64,000 nt of DNA, taken from contig JAPEUD010000014.1 of assembly GCA_026026165.1 (NCBI GenBank), positions 1-64,000 on the forward strand. Reading direction: 5' to 3'. Shown in pieces: positions 35,950 to 49,527 of the stretch. Made by a program: the position numbers and the translations under genes. How positions within the stretch are numbered: the stretch's first letter is position 1; every line of letters starts with the position of its first letter. The notes below the pieces were generated by a model. The model was not told the origin of the DNA, did no database searches, and saw only the letters and a program-made list of their open reading frames with translations. The stretch is from Sarea resinae. Its lineage: Eukaryota.

Positions 35950-36991
35950 ATGGCCTTCTCACTTGCACTGGCCGAAAGCCGCTGCGACAAGCTCTCGTCT
36001 CCCAACTATACCAACCTGACTCTCTCCATGTATGTGAATGGGCATCCATAGCCCCAGCCCTCGCCCTGCTAATCCGTACTTTCTCCGCCATCCAGCTTGA
36101 TCCTCTTGGGCATCCTGATATCCTACCTGCCCCAGCACCACCGCATCATCGCCCGTCGATCGTCCGAGGGCATCTCCCCGTATTTCGTCCTCCTGGGCAC
36201 CACCTCTGGCACCTGCGCCTTTGCAAACATTCTCGTCCTCCCGGCAAGCCGCGCAGATCTCGCATGCTGCAATGAGATCAGCGGCTTTGCTTGCTTCGCA
36301 GGTCTGCTGGGTATAGCCCAGGTTGGGGTGCAGTGGGCTTGCTTCACTATCATGTGCGAAGCTCCAACTATCCCATGTCTGAGTATCGACTTGCTGACTG
36401 CTTTACTCTAACAGACTACTGCTATTCCTGCTCTTCTTCCCCACTCCGCCTCCCCTTCAACCAGCACCAACAGGCCCCTCCTACCGAACCGCCGTCGCAG
36501 TAGTAGCGATCTGTTTCTTCCACGTTCTCGCGACTTTCTTCGCCAGCACCTATATCCTCTACCTCCACCCGACCCTGCTGCAAACATGGGCCAACGTCCT
36601 GGGCATCCTAGCCACCATCCTCTCCTCGATCCAATACTTCCCCCAGCTCTGGACCACGTGGCGCCTCCGCCACGTCGGCAGTCTTAGCATCCCGATGATG
36701 CTGATCCAGACACCCGGCAGCTACGTCTGGGCGGGCAGTCTCGCGGCGCGATTAGGTCCCGGTGGTTGGAGCGCTTGGGGCGTCTATGTCGTGACGGGCA
36801 CGCTGCAGGGCTGTCTGCTGGCCATGGGGATTTACTTTGAGGTGCAGGAAAGGCGGCAGAGGAAGAAGGGGATCGTGGAGGATCATTTGGGTGGGGGTGC
36901 TGCTGCGGGGCATGAGACGGATGATGAAGGCGGCCACCTGGTCGAGGGTGATGGCGCCAGTGAGCGCACCCCGCTGCTAAACGGAAGGTAG
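35950..36991 (+). CDS. PQ-loop repeat membrane protein (3 exons)
   Basis: MAFSLALAESRCDKLSSPNYTNLTLSI|LILLGILISYLPQH...SEGIS; second PQ motif IQYFPQLWTTW...GSLSIPMM; C-terminal dileucine signal ERTPLL. Confidence 0.88.
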
Positions 36992-37421
36992 AGTTTATCG
37001 GTTGAAAGCTCGACCTTTTCGCTCATGTCGGCCGTTCAATATGCTTTCTGTCCGAGGGAGTTTTGGCCGGATTTTATCTCTCAACGGTATCGGAGTGAGT
37101 ACGGGGCGGCGGGTTCTACTTCTTTGGGGCGCAAGACAGCTCGATATCTGTATTCCAGCATGGCGTCACTTTTTCTTTTTTTAGTGCCTCGAATGAAAGA
37201 AGAGATTTCTAGGCATTGAATAGATTGAATGGAATGGAATTGAATTGAAAGGTGACTGCGACCAAGGCTGCATGGCATTTTTTCTATCCGAGTTAGAGTA
37301 TGTAGGAGTATGTAGAGTGCTGCCGCTATCGACAGTATCGAGAGCTTGAAGCTTGAGCTTGGACCACGGACGTCATCAAGACTTCAATTCTATCAGCTTC
37401 ACCAGCAATCAGCATGGCCAC

Positions 37422-39276
37422 ATGATGTCCACCACAACAACACCAGCAACCCCGCCTTCACTCTCTTGTCCCTCTCACCCGTTGCCACGATGTGTCGCAA
37501 CGACCGGGCCCAGATATCGTTGCACCGTGGCGGATTCAGCTCGTCGCGACGCAGCCGAACGGCGCGCCTCTGCTGCTGCTGCTACTGGGAAGCTAGATGA
37601 TGGAATCGGAGAAGAGATATTGAGTACGCACCAGGAATCGAATTTCTTCAAGAATGCGCAATGGTATGGCATCTGAACTATGCGTGCAGCTCCTATTTCC
37701 CCTGGATCTTCTGATGGCGGTATTTATTCCCGAGTACTGATTGATATCAACAGGACACCAGACGGCACATGCATCGTCACCAACAGCGAAGACAACGTCC
37801 TGCGGACCTTTATCGTGTACGCTCCTGCGTTTTCTGTTTCTCTGGTCCCTCTAACGACCCTCCCAAGCTAGACCCGCTGATCTGCTCTCCTCTGATCGCT
37901 CCACCCCTCACACCCTGACCCCCTACACCTCCATCCCGCACCCAGAACCCACGACGACATTCACGATCCACCCGTCCTTCTCCCTGGCGGACCCCCGCAC
38001 CCACCTCCTCCTCTCCGCCCCAACGGACCATCCCATCCAGCTCCACTCCGCGCTGTCTTTATCTGCCACCACCACCACCCTCCTAGCATCCTACCCGCTC
38101 GTCCATGCCCCGACGGAAAAACACATCACACCGTCCTCGCTGCTCTTCCACCCGGGCGGGACCCATTTCCTAGCCGGGTCCTCGAACCAGATTGCCGCCT
38201 TCGACCTGAGCCGTCCGGGCTCGGGGCCCATCAGCACGATGGCGACGGCGCCATCGCGACGCCAGAACCGCGTCGTCGGTGGCGTGGGACTCCGGGGTAT
38301 TGTCTCGGCCATGGCGATCAGCGCGGACGGTCTACTGGCCGCGGGCACCTTCTCCAATAATGTCGGGCTGTACGACCAGAGCGGCTGGGGCGAATGCACG
38401 GCCATCTTCTCCATCTCTTCTTCGTCGTCTCCCGGTGATCAAAACAGCCACAGCAACGACAGCAACGACGAGATCGGCGGCAGCGATCCCGCAGGCACCG
38501 GCATCACGGCCCTCCACTTCTCCCCCTGCGGCAGGTATCTGTTCGTCTCGCCGCGCCAATCCGACGCCATCCTCGTCTACGACATCCGCGTCTCGGGCCG
38601 CCGACTGGGCTATCTCTCCGGGCGCGCCGCACACAGCAACCAGCGGCTCGGCGTCGACGTCACGAGTACCTTTTTCACTTCAGAGACCGGGAGCCGGGAA
38701 AGGATAGATGTCTGGGCAGGCGGTGCAGACGGCGTGGTGCGCGTGTGGAAGGACGCCATCAGCGGGTTTTCCAATGGCGACGGCGATACCGCCAATGACA
38801 ACGACATTAATGAGCAATGCAAGGGCCCAACGTGGTCGTTCCGTGCCTCTGAGGCGGGCGACAGTCTCGGCGGCGTGTGTGTTCATCCTTTTATGGGTGG
38901 GGCGGTCGTGGCCACGTGTTCAGGGGAGAGACGGCGAGGGTGGGAGTCTGAGGAGGAGGAGGAGGTAGTGGAGGAGGAGACTGTAGGAAGAGACAAAAAC
39001 GAAGACAGAACCTCGGACTCTGCCTCTAGCTCATCCCTACCATCGCCATCACCGTCTTCATCACCATCCTCATCCCCATCCCCCTCACCCTCACCCTCAC
39101 CCTCACGATCTCCCAACCCCAGCTCAGGCTCAAGTCCCAAGCAGCAATCCACCCATTCACAACCTCCACAACCTCCAGACCCCCGCCACCCTCACCACCA
39201 ACCACAACCACAACCACAACGAAGACAAACCCGGCACCCAAAATTCGACAACACGCTCCAGCTATGGGCTTTTTGA
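37422..39276 (+). CDS. WD40 protein of the SWT21/TCAB1(WRAP53) family (3 exons)
   Basis: NFFKNAQW|TPDGTCIVTNSEDNVLRTFI, DHPIQL, THFLAGS, GIVSAMA, GITALHFSPCGRYL, ILVYDIR, SNQRLGVD, ends FDNTLQLWAF. Confidence 0.82.
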
Positions 39277-39299
39277 ACTCGAGTTGAGCCAAAACAGAT

Positions 39300-39872
39300 A
39301 GGGTGGGGGCTGGTTCTATCCCACTAGTTGGTTGGAACAGCCGTTGTAGCAGTAGTAATGGTAACAGAAGTAATGGTAACAGAAGTGTATCATCATCATT
39401 ATAGCAACAGAGAGCACTATAAATAGTAACAGCGACAATAATAGGCAGTAAATGTGAGAGCTACAAGCACGCATGGTGTATATACCACCACCACTACATA
39501 GAAGAAATACTATTAACTTGATCACTGGAGCACTTGATCACTGGATCACTTGATCACTTGATAACTTGAAAATAAGAGACGTACTTGTTTAGTCTACCCT
39601 CTCTCTCTTCTCTTCTCTCCTCTCCTCTCTTCTCTTCTCTCCTCTCTTCTCTTCTCTTCTTATAAGAGATAGATCTCTAGACATATATATCCCCTATCTA
39701 CGACTGTAACTGTAACCTATAATCTCAAGGTAGTGGTAGAGGTAGAGATAGAGATAGAGATAGAGAGAGTAAGGTAGAGGCAGGGAAAAGTGTCGAGTGT
39801 CGAGTGACAAGTGTCGAGTGCAGAGGCAAGGCAAGGCAACGTCGAGAAAGAGGTATAAAGGCACAGAGAGGC

Positions 39873-39928
<56 letters not shown>

Positions 39929-39970
39929 TAGAGTGTAGAGTGTCAGGGGTAAAAAAGGTAGGTAAGGTAG
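39300..39970. repeat. AT/TpA-rich microsatellite-dense spacer including a (GA)n tract at 39878-39926
   Basis: (GA)n, (CTCTT)n, (GATCACTT)n, (GAGATA)n and a direct repeat of GTAATGGTAACAGAA. Confidence 0.85.
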
Positions 39971-40799
39971 GTAGAGAGGCAATAACATCAACCATCAACC
40001 ATCAAACACAAACCACAAACCACAAAACACAAACCACAACCACAGCCCTCGCGGTGGCAAACAACAAAGCAGCAACCAGCAAGCAAGCAGGGAGAAGAAA
40101 AAGAAGAAAAGAAGGACAAAGGAGCAGCAGAAGAGCAGCTAGTCCCACGACCAATCCCAATCCTACACTAACCCCACCAAACAATCAATCAATCCCACAA
40201 CCCAGTCACTTCTCACTCTTCCCCCGAACACGGAAGTACGATGTAAGGTAGGTACCTATGCAAAAACAAGCACTTAATTCGTCAAGGTGAGGGCGAGGGT
40301 GAGGGTGAGGTATGTTGTGTGTCTAATTGCACGATTCGAGAGCGACAAGTCATGATTGTGAAATCGAAATTGAAACTGATTGGAATAAGATGAAAAAATT
40401 GATTGGAAACGAAAGAAATTCGCGTGCGGGGCCGAAGAAAATTATAAAACTAATTGACGAGCTGCCTGCCTGCCTGACTGCCTGCCCCCCCCACCCGTTC
40501 CCCGCCCCTGCTCTAATTACAGACACACAAGACAGAGACAACGACCGCGACGACGACTGCAACGACGACGACGACGACGACCACAACGTTGACAACAGCA
40601 ACGTCGACAACAGTAACAACAACGAAATGGCCTCAACCCCCCCCCCTGACCGACCGACGACCGATCAACCGTTCAGCTAAAGCTAACCCAGAGACGCCAT
40701 AAAACCACGCTCTCGGAAGCAAGTTCAGCCAACACACACAGACACACACAATATCTACCCTTCTATTCTACCCGCCCTCCTACCCCTCGACTTCAACCC

Positions 40800-43763
40800 C
40801 TACTTAGGAGCCCCCGGAGCCGACGAGCTAGGCTCCAGCGTATGCTCGTGCCCCTCGGCCCGGATCACGCGTCCGTTCTCTTCCTGCTGGCAGACGGGAG
40901 AGCCCGAGACCCACGGATCGGCCAGGATCTCCTGCAATGTCGCCCGCTTCTTCGGGTTGACCTCTAGCATTCGACCGATGATGTTCCTACTCTCTCGCGG
41001 GAGCAGACGCAAGAGTCGCCACGGTCCCTTGGTGGGGGCCTGCGGCTGCTGCGGCTGTGACGGCTGTGCCTGTTGGCTTGAGCCCGTCACCGAAGGAGGC
41101 CTGCTGTGACTCCCCTCTGCCTTCTGAGGGTGCGTCGTCGATGTCTCGGCCGATGCTTGTCTCGAGACGGGTGCGGAAACGGGTGCAGATTTCCGTTTTC
41201 CTTCGGCCACGCCAGCTGATAACTTGCCGTTATCCGATGACCGTGTTGTTGGCTCTCCGGTCGACTGACCCGGGTTGGGAGGAGAGACGAAGAGTTTGTA
41301 GGAATTATCGGTTAGACGAGGAGCCTTCCACGGAAAACGGCGTAGCGACATGCAGCAAAAGATTATAGCCAGCGACCAGATATCTGCTGGCTGAGGATCG
41401 TATTTCGTGTTATCGTAAACCTCGGGCGCCAAGTAAGGATCCGACCCGACAACGCCTGTCCAAATTAGCAACATTCTTCCCATACATCTCTGGCAAGACT
41501 CACCACTTGCGAGAACAATTTCGTTTTCAAACGGATATCGATAAACGACCGCACTTCCGAAATCGATAAGCTTCATGATACCGAATTCGTTCACAACCAC
41601 GTTATCCAGCTTCAAATCCCGATGAGCCAGACCCATACTATGTAAATATGCCACCCCACGGACAATCTGCATGAAACTGCAGGCGACCTCTTCCCTCGAC
41701 ATCTTCCCCGTCATGACGATAGCAAACAGATCGTAAGGCGCGTACTCCATGACCTCGTACCAATTGTTGTTTTCGTGAACAATGTCCAAAGTCTCGATGA
41801 CGTTGCCGTGATGTAACGTCGAACCAATGCAGAATTCAGCTGTAACCTTCTTGGCGTACTCCTTCTCCGTTTCGTAAGTGTGCCGTGGTCTGAACTGCTT
41901 CACCGCAAAGGTAACCCCATCACTACTTCGTTTCATGAGGCGCACAGAGCCCCCTGCTCCCGAGCCGAGGACCTTGCCAAAACGACCATACTTGGACTGT
42001 AGGCCGTGGTCATCCGCGAATGGAACGCTGGGCTGAGAGAATTGATGTGGAGGCGTCCTGGTGCCGGATGCGTTCGACCGGGCGGACCTCATGGACGGCG
42101 CCGGTGACTGATCCCGTTTTCCCTTGTGCTGTCCAATTCGGAAGAAACGCTTTAGCTCCGCCATTGAGCCGTGAGGTTTCGAAGACATGATCGAGGAGTT
42201 ATCACTGCCTTGGCCCTTCTTGCCTCCGAAGAAATGAGAATGGCGTTTATCATCAAAATTCTTCAGATCGGTCATGCTCGAGCCTGCTCGAGGCAAGTTT
42301 GTCGAAGACGAGTAACCGTGGCCGCGTCTACCGTCTCTCCCACCGAAAACGAACCGAGCATCGATTGCGTCTAGATTCCGAGACTGGGGTGCTCTTTTAC
42401 TCCGAGCATATGGATCGTCTCGCTCACCAGCTGGAGTGAAAGGTCTACTGAATTGGAAAGAAGCCTTCTCGCTGCTGGGAGTGTCGGGAGGACTTCCTTC
42501 CCGGGAAGGCGGTAGTGAGTCCCCTGATGGGCCAACGGTAAATCTGGGGGTGTGTTTTGGATGTGATGCCACGACATTGGAGCTCCCAGACGCCGACGAC
42601 GGTTCCGTTGAGATCGCCGCAGCGGGACTTGATGGTCGAGACGTGGCGGAACTAGGGGGGTTGCTATCAAAGGTTTTCCCCACAGATGTAGGAGGAGGGG
42701 TGTTTCGCGGAAGAGATGCTTGAGGTGTCATGGCGGAAGAGTCTGGAGCGCGCGCAGAGGGCGCGTTGGCATTGCCCACTTCTTCGGGCTTTATTTCGCG
42801 AGATCGGGAGGCCGCTGGAGTGAGAGGTGGTGAGTGCATCGTAGACACAGGAGGAGAGGGCCTTGGAGAGGAGCCACCAGAACGAATGTGTTCTCGGGAA
42901 CGTCTTCGAGATTCGGATTCGTTGGAAGGCGACTTTATATATCAACATTAGCATTAGCGTGCTACAATATCGGATATCTCGTTGAAACTCCGCACAGGAG
43001 CCGTAAGCAAGCTGATCAACATCGCGACGAAAGCCATGCCGTCACGGGAAATCACGGATATGACGAGACTTATGAACTCGGTCTTCCGCTGAAATGGATG
43101 CTGACAACAACAACTACAAGGAGCGAAGCAAAAAGCACGATTCAGTACGCAAATATTTGGTGTAACGTCTTGACATGCTAGCAATGCTAGAAATAAGTCA
43201 CATCTGGCTCGTGCATAAACAGTGCAGCAAGGATCAAGTACGTTGATGCGATCAAAATTGTACGGAGACTCTCCCCCAAAAACTACACGACGGGTATGAA
43301 ATCGACGTACCCTTGAAGATGGTAAGGAGAACGGTTCGAAAGCAAAATTGTTCATTCGATGTTGCTGAAGCGTTGTATTCTGGATCGTCTTGGACAGATT
43401 TCGGAGTTCTTCTTGCGCTTGCGGCGTGAGTTCCCCGGTTGGCTTCGGATTCTGAGAAGACAAACTCGCGACCGGACGCAGACACAGTTCCGGTTCGATT
43501 TCCTGGTTCACCGAGCTGAATCGAACAGTTTGTTGGGGTTCGGTTCCAGGGATATCAGCTGCTGATTGCTCCGTGCTGTTCTTCTGGGAGTCCTTTGGGC
43601 CATGGTGTTGCAGGATACCTAAGTTGCCACGGCTTCGAGATCAGTCATCCATCGACGATATGTACGCAAGTGAGGGACAGCAGTCGCTGGGAAGGGTGAG
43701 TGATCTACCTGCGGGCTGCTCACTGTCTTCCGAATTTGCCGCGATCCCGGATGTAGACGCCAT
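40800..43763 (-). CDS. Ser/Thr protein kinase, HAL/NPR family (Hal4/Sat4-like; 4 exons)
   Basis: [60 protein letters not shown]-terminal [12 protein letters not shown] and FAFEPFSLP exons. Intron at 41456-41503. Confidence 0.9.
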
Positions 43764-45944
43764 GGCTACCTCGACCTACCTGACTCTACCTGCCGCACAA
43801 GTTGCAGGTCGTCGTTTAGCGCAAATCGGAGGCACGGCTGATCCCGGAATGCTGGGACCGGGAGCCGTGGGGGGTGTTTTGGCACCGGCACTGCAGCAAG
43901 CAGCAGAGCAGGATCTGGACGATTGAAGGGGACGAGGACTCAACACGGCCGATGTGGTGAGGACGAGATGGATCGCCGCTTGTCTGGGTGGAGGAGGAGG
44001 AAGAGGAAGAAGGAGAATGGAAGATACGATGGGGGAAGAGTTATCACAGGCGTGCGTCCGTTCGTTCGAACGTTCGGTCAAGATTACCTGAGTAATGCCG
44101 CTAAAGTGGAGTAAGCGAGAGACGATGGAATTCCGAGTGTTGAGAAGACGAAGAAGACGAAGAAGACGAAAGGGTACGAGCGAGTACGTGAGCGGTACTT
44201 GTGGTGCTATGGCTGCCCCAGGCTTCTCTGCACGCGCACTTCCTCTTCGTGCGTGATACAGAGGTACCGCCCTGGTATCCGGCGAGGTACCGATGCGCCA
44301 ATAACCGTCCATCAGATAGGTACTGTCATGGCCCTTCAGCGGTGCAGATGACGGCGGCCATGATGAGGAGTAAAAGCCTCTCGACTGCAATGGCCATCAT
44401 CCGCATTCTGACTACCTACTGATCGATGATTGTCGATTGTCGATTGTCGATCCTCACAGGCATCCATCCATCGATTAGATACGGTACCTCGTACTCTACC
44501 AGGAGTACTGCATAGCTCGAGTACGGAGTACGGAGTATGCACGAGTAGGAGTATGAGAAGATACGACTCACTCACTTACATAGTACTCGAGATGGAGGGT
44601 GAGGAGTACTCCGTAGGAAGGTAGGCACCTAGGTACCTACTAGGTATGATTGCCATGTTGCCATGATGGCCATCCGTGCGTGCCCACTGCACTGCACTGC
44701 TCTGCCCTGCACCAAACGGGAAGCAACGTGAAGGGCGCCCCGGATCAGGTAAGCTTGCATGTCGTCATGGGGGCCGTTCCCGTCTCTGTCCCTTCAGGTT
44801 GAAGTACTACGTATAGTACATCGTGGAGAGTAAGGTACATCCATGGATACCTCGTAGTACGAGAAGGCAACCCACCTGCTCGTGCTCGTGCTCGTGCTCG
44901 TGGGGAGCGGTGCTGAGCCTTGGGTCAGTGACAAGTCCATGCCCAGTACAGTATCCGTACTTCGTACCCCCAACGCCATCCGGACGGACGGTCAAGTCTA
45001 CCTTGCCCTGACTGGCATCCATCTTGACATTTACGTAGTGTGAAGTACTCCACAACAGATACGAGCAGGTAGAAAGTGAGACAGTAGAGGGCCTTACCTT
45101 GATGGAAGGAATTCGGAATATTCAGATATCACATTCTTCACCCACCGAGGTATCGGCCAAGTACTCCACCGTATTCCGTAGTCTTACATTGGATCCCGTC
45201 CTCTTTCCATCCTCCCCGATGGCCGGATCAAGTCATGACCAAACAAAAGGTGGAGAGCAAGATGCATTCTGCGTGTGTGGACTCTGGCCATCGCCGGACG
45301 GGATGCTGAATGCAGAAATGGTCCGTCCGCTGGAAGTCGATTCTGCGGCCCAGGAACTGGTCAAATGGTCAAATGCTCAATCCTGGTCTGCACCTCGTCC
45401 TCTATCGGACTTCTCTCGGCACCCTGGACGGGCTAAACACGCTCACTCAGATCTGAGGACACCGCTTTGCGTGGTGTCGGATGTTGCCCTACCAAGTAGT
45501 AGGAGGTCGCCGCGAACCTGTAACCCAACATTCCTTGGCCTGTCTTATTGTTAGATCAACTTACTGCAATCACAAACATATGCAGAGGCTGAGTGCTTGC
45601 GCGAACACCAATATGGCAGCCAGAGAGCAGTCTAGGGCATTCAGACCCCGGAAGCACCTCATATGTCATGTGCTGCGAACTGGACAAAATACCTAGTCTC
45701 TGACGGTAGCTTGGCTCACAGATGGTCGGCCAAAATTCGGCCATACTGCTATCTCAATTGCTCTCTTCAAATAACAACGTCCAAACAGATGACCTCATTC
45801 AATGTCCGCGAGACTGCCACTAGAAGCTTGTCATTGGCTGCTTCGGTCCCAAAATACATGTGCATAAAAGTACAGTTGCTTTGTGCATCGAACAGTAAAC
45901 CCAGACCATGCGCCATCGCAGTGCAAAACCAGAACTTGTGCTAT

Positions 45945-46467
45945 TCAAGGAACGACGGCGACGCCAATGGATTGCGCCTGTGCGATGACGCTCTTGCATA
46001 CCCCTTCCAAGCTGAGACCTGATAATCGCGTTTCCGAGTGTTTGATCTTCGCAATCTCGTAGACATGCTTCAATGAGATCTCCCCCACGCTCTCCGAGCC
46101 CGGCTTCATGGCACCGCGTGTCTTCCCCTTGACTTCCTTGACACCCGCAGCGTTGAGGAGGAGATGCGAAGTGGTGGGCGTGCGCAGTTCGAAGTGAAAC
46201 GAGCGATCCGGTCGGACGGTTACTCGTGCGGGGATGGGCGTGCCGGCGATCATATGGGCGGTTCTCGCATTGAATTCCTTATGAGCCAGATGTCAGATCT
46301 CAAGAACTTTGACATGGGATTGCAGCATCTAGCCGTACCTTGCAGAAATCCATGCTCTTCACTCCTTTGCTACCCAGCGCAGGTCCGACTGGAGGGCTCG
46401 GACTGGCCTGTCCAGCTCCGACGATGAGCTTGACGATGACGTCTGACTGGATTCCTCTTCTCGCCAT
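45945..46467 (-). CDS. MRPL19: Mitochondrial ribosomal protein uL11m (yeast MrpL19; 2 exons)
   Basis: [40 protein letters not shown]...[13 protein letters not shown]. Confidence 0.94.
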
Positions 46468-47267
46468 GGTGTGTATGTTTTGCGCTGGGGCAGTATGGAT
46501 GCTGCTACTGCGGAAGATTTTGGTTATGGCTTTCGCGAGCTGGAACATGGATCCATCCAATGGATCGAGAAGAGCGGCTCTACGGAGAATCGGCGCTCTT
46601 TCTCCGATAGACGAGGCGCTAACCCCGAAACGGACCCGAGAGTGGGGGGATGGATGGATGGATCCTACTACTGAAGTAGATGAATTGAGGGAACGCAAAT
46701 CTGGAAGAGCTGGCGATGACTACGAGCACTATACGATTTGGAAGTGTTGAATATCTCTTTCTAATCAACTGCTAAGGTTTCGTCGGAAATCACGATCGTG
46801 AACTGTCAATGCCATTGATTCATCGGATGACAGGGATTGCCATCCCTTTTGGGGAGAAATATCAACATCCTCCCTGCACCCTTGCCTTGGGCCTCGTTCT
46901 TCTCTACCATCAGAGACACATGTAATGAAATGTAGAGCAAGTCAAAGAAAAGAAAAGTCCCTGGGGACCTGCATCAGACAAAAGATATTTGAATATACAA
47001 ATGATGCGCCATCGCCGACCGTGAAGACCGCGGCGACAGATACCAATACGCTTAGAGAGCTTTCAAAAGTCGAAGCGAGGGGTCAGCTGTGATTTTATTT
47101 GGTTGATCTGGAGATTGGCGTTATTGTAAGCGAACGGAGTGTCGCCCTCGCAGACAACACGGCCAACAACTAGTGACTGCAAGGCCCTTTCACCGAACGC
47201 TTATTTGCACATCCTCACCTGCCAACAGTCCGAATTCTCACGATAACACCAGTTCTACTCTTGCAGG

Positions 47268-48645
47268 ATGTTCAACTGGGCAAAACAACAGTGAGTGCAG
47301 TTCACGGTCGTGGAAAGGATCCCCACTGATGCGTTATGTCCCGCATAAGGCTCGCCAATGTCGCGGGCACCGTCGAGCCCATATATGGCGCTGAAGCCAT
47401 CCATTCGGTCGCAAACCAGACCGAAGAGACTCCCTACACTGAGCTGACCAAGGATGACTTGAAATGGGTTGCCATGGACTCCACTTGTGTCGAGACACAG
47501 ACGTTCTATCTCTTCGCAGACAGCGGCCATGTTGCTTTTGCGCAAGTCATCTACAACAACGTATCGTGAGACTACTCCTACGCTCCTTTGGCTTTGGCCT
47601 TCGCGCTGATGCGCGATTACAGAGGCATTCGCACGACCGTACAGTTCAACACCAAGATCTTCTACCCCGATGGGAAAACGCCGCTTCTCTGGTCATCCGA
47701 CCCGCTTGAGGACTACGGTTTCGACGAGGATCAAGTATCATTCTTTGCGGATAACGTCGCCATCACTCTCTCAGATGATGCGACTTCCTACGAGGTCAAG
47801 TCTGCTTCGAACGAGAACAGCATCGTGAACTTTACGATGACACGGACGGCGCCGGGCTTCCAGGTCGGTAAGAACGGCACTACCTACTATGGAACGGATC
47901 CTGATGAGCCCTGGGGTTCTATGAGACATGTCTTCTGGCCGCGGAATGATGTCGTGGGAACTATCGTCACCCCGGAAGAGGAGATCGACTTCAAGGGCAA
48001 GGGTTACTTTGTGTATGCGCTTCAGGGCATGAAGCCACACCATGCTGGTAACGATGCATTTCCCAGTCTCCATCAGAACGGTGAAGCTAACGCGACGATC
48101 ACAGCGGCTCGATGGAACTTTGTCGACTTCCAGTCACCCTCCTTTTCTGCTACTTTGATGGAGTTCACTACCCCAATCGCCTATGGATGTACTACTATCA
48201 ACGTGGGAGGCGTCGCTCGCGATGGGGAAATCCTGGCCGCAGGCAGCAACAACTCTGCCACACATATCGAGTCCAAGAACGATGACGAGAACGACTGGCC
48301 CGAGCCACTGTCAATAAAGTACGAGTGGAAAGGGAAAACCAAGGACGGCAAGGATGTGACCGCAGTATTGGCGGGACCTTTGGAGGACCGACTTGACCGG
48401 ATAGACGTAATGGCCGAGGTTCCCGGGTTTGTCAAGATGCTCGCGGGAAGTGTGGTCGGCACGAAACCGTACATCTACCAGGTCAGCCGTCCTTCCAGTA
48501 GCTCTAGATGGGCATCAAAGCTGACCTCTGGCAGTATTGCCCGCGCGTGCATCCCAAGATCAAGATCAAGATCGGCGACGAGGAAGAGAAGGAGGAGGAA
48601 GGCACGATGTTCGCCGAGGCGACCTTCATCTCGGACGTCAATTAA
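47268..48645 (+). CDS. SVF1: Survival factor 1 (Svf1) (5 exons)
   Basis: [84 protein letters not shown]. Confidence 0.93.
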
Positions 48646-49402
48646 GGCGTACTCACTCCGTGTGCGACATGGGTGCCGTTTTCCTTTCCGCCGGCGTTGG
48701 GCACCATTTCCAGCCAACGATACGTATGGCCTATGCTCTTGTGGGCTTTGGCTATGTTGACGGCTTTTGAATAGATGGATATTTAATTACGCATGACTGA
48801 TTGTTAATAATGCGAGACTCGCAATAGTGTGGAGGGATGCCATTGTTGCAGGCGGCGCAACTAGTAATCGCAACTTCTTCCTTTGATCTGTCATGGACAT
48901 ATGGACGTTATCATAAGAATGGAAACGAGAATTATGACCTGGACTCGTGCGTGAAGTGTAGCTGTGACGCTTTTATCAGTAGGTCACTGTCAAGCTTTGA
49001 TGAATGGCACATCCGTCGTCGATGGTGTATGAGATCTTGCCCGCCTTGCCAGCACGATTTCAGGACGTGAAGCCAAAGATGACGGAGTAGATATCAATGA
49101 AAATGAGAGCCCGCGAGATGCATGTAATTCAGATTATCTCCCTTCCTCCCCTCCCCCAGATAGATCCTCATTAGGCGAGGCGGCCCGAAGCGCGCGCAGT
49201 CGCATCGCGTCTTGCAAGTGTCCAAGCCAACCCGCAATTCACTGCCATAATAGTACCCCACCATACACACAGTACGAACACCTCCCACATTCCCTCAGCA
49301 ACGAAGCTTCAACTTATCTCTTGGTTAATACAGTTGCGCGCATCTCCGTCAAACAGAATCAATCATCTTAAGATCATAATTCTGTCGATCATCGCAGACA
49401 AG

Positions 49403-49488
49403 ATGGCACCGGGCTTGTTTCCCCCGAGGGTCCCAAAAGACAGAACTCTGGTCCGTTCTTCCAAGGGCCTGAGCAGCCAGACCAGTGT

Positions 49489-49527
<39 letters not shown>

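Noticed and set aside
3377..39276. Apparent cluster of RNA-processing genes (XAP5, NUP49, FIP1, HAD, TYW1, SWT21-like)
   Set aside because: Unrelated pathways in a common functional class, interspersed with other genes; chance is sufficient.
39525..39570. (GATCACTT/GATCACTG)n array as a possible CRISPR or binding-site array
   Set aside because: Simple 8-mer tandem repeat with no spacers, in a eukaryotic SSR-rich spacer.
44400..45100. GTAC-rich short palindromes and (GCTCGT)n/(GAGTACG)n repeats upstream of the kinase
   Set aside because: Short simple repeats with no terminal inverted repeat or target-site duplication structure; typical of promoter DNA in this window.
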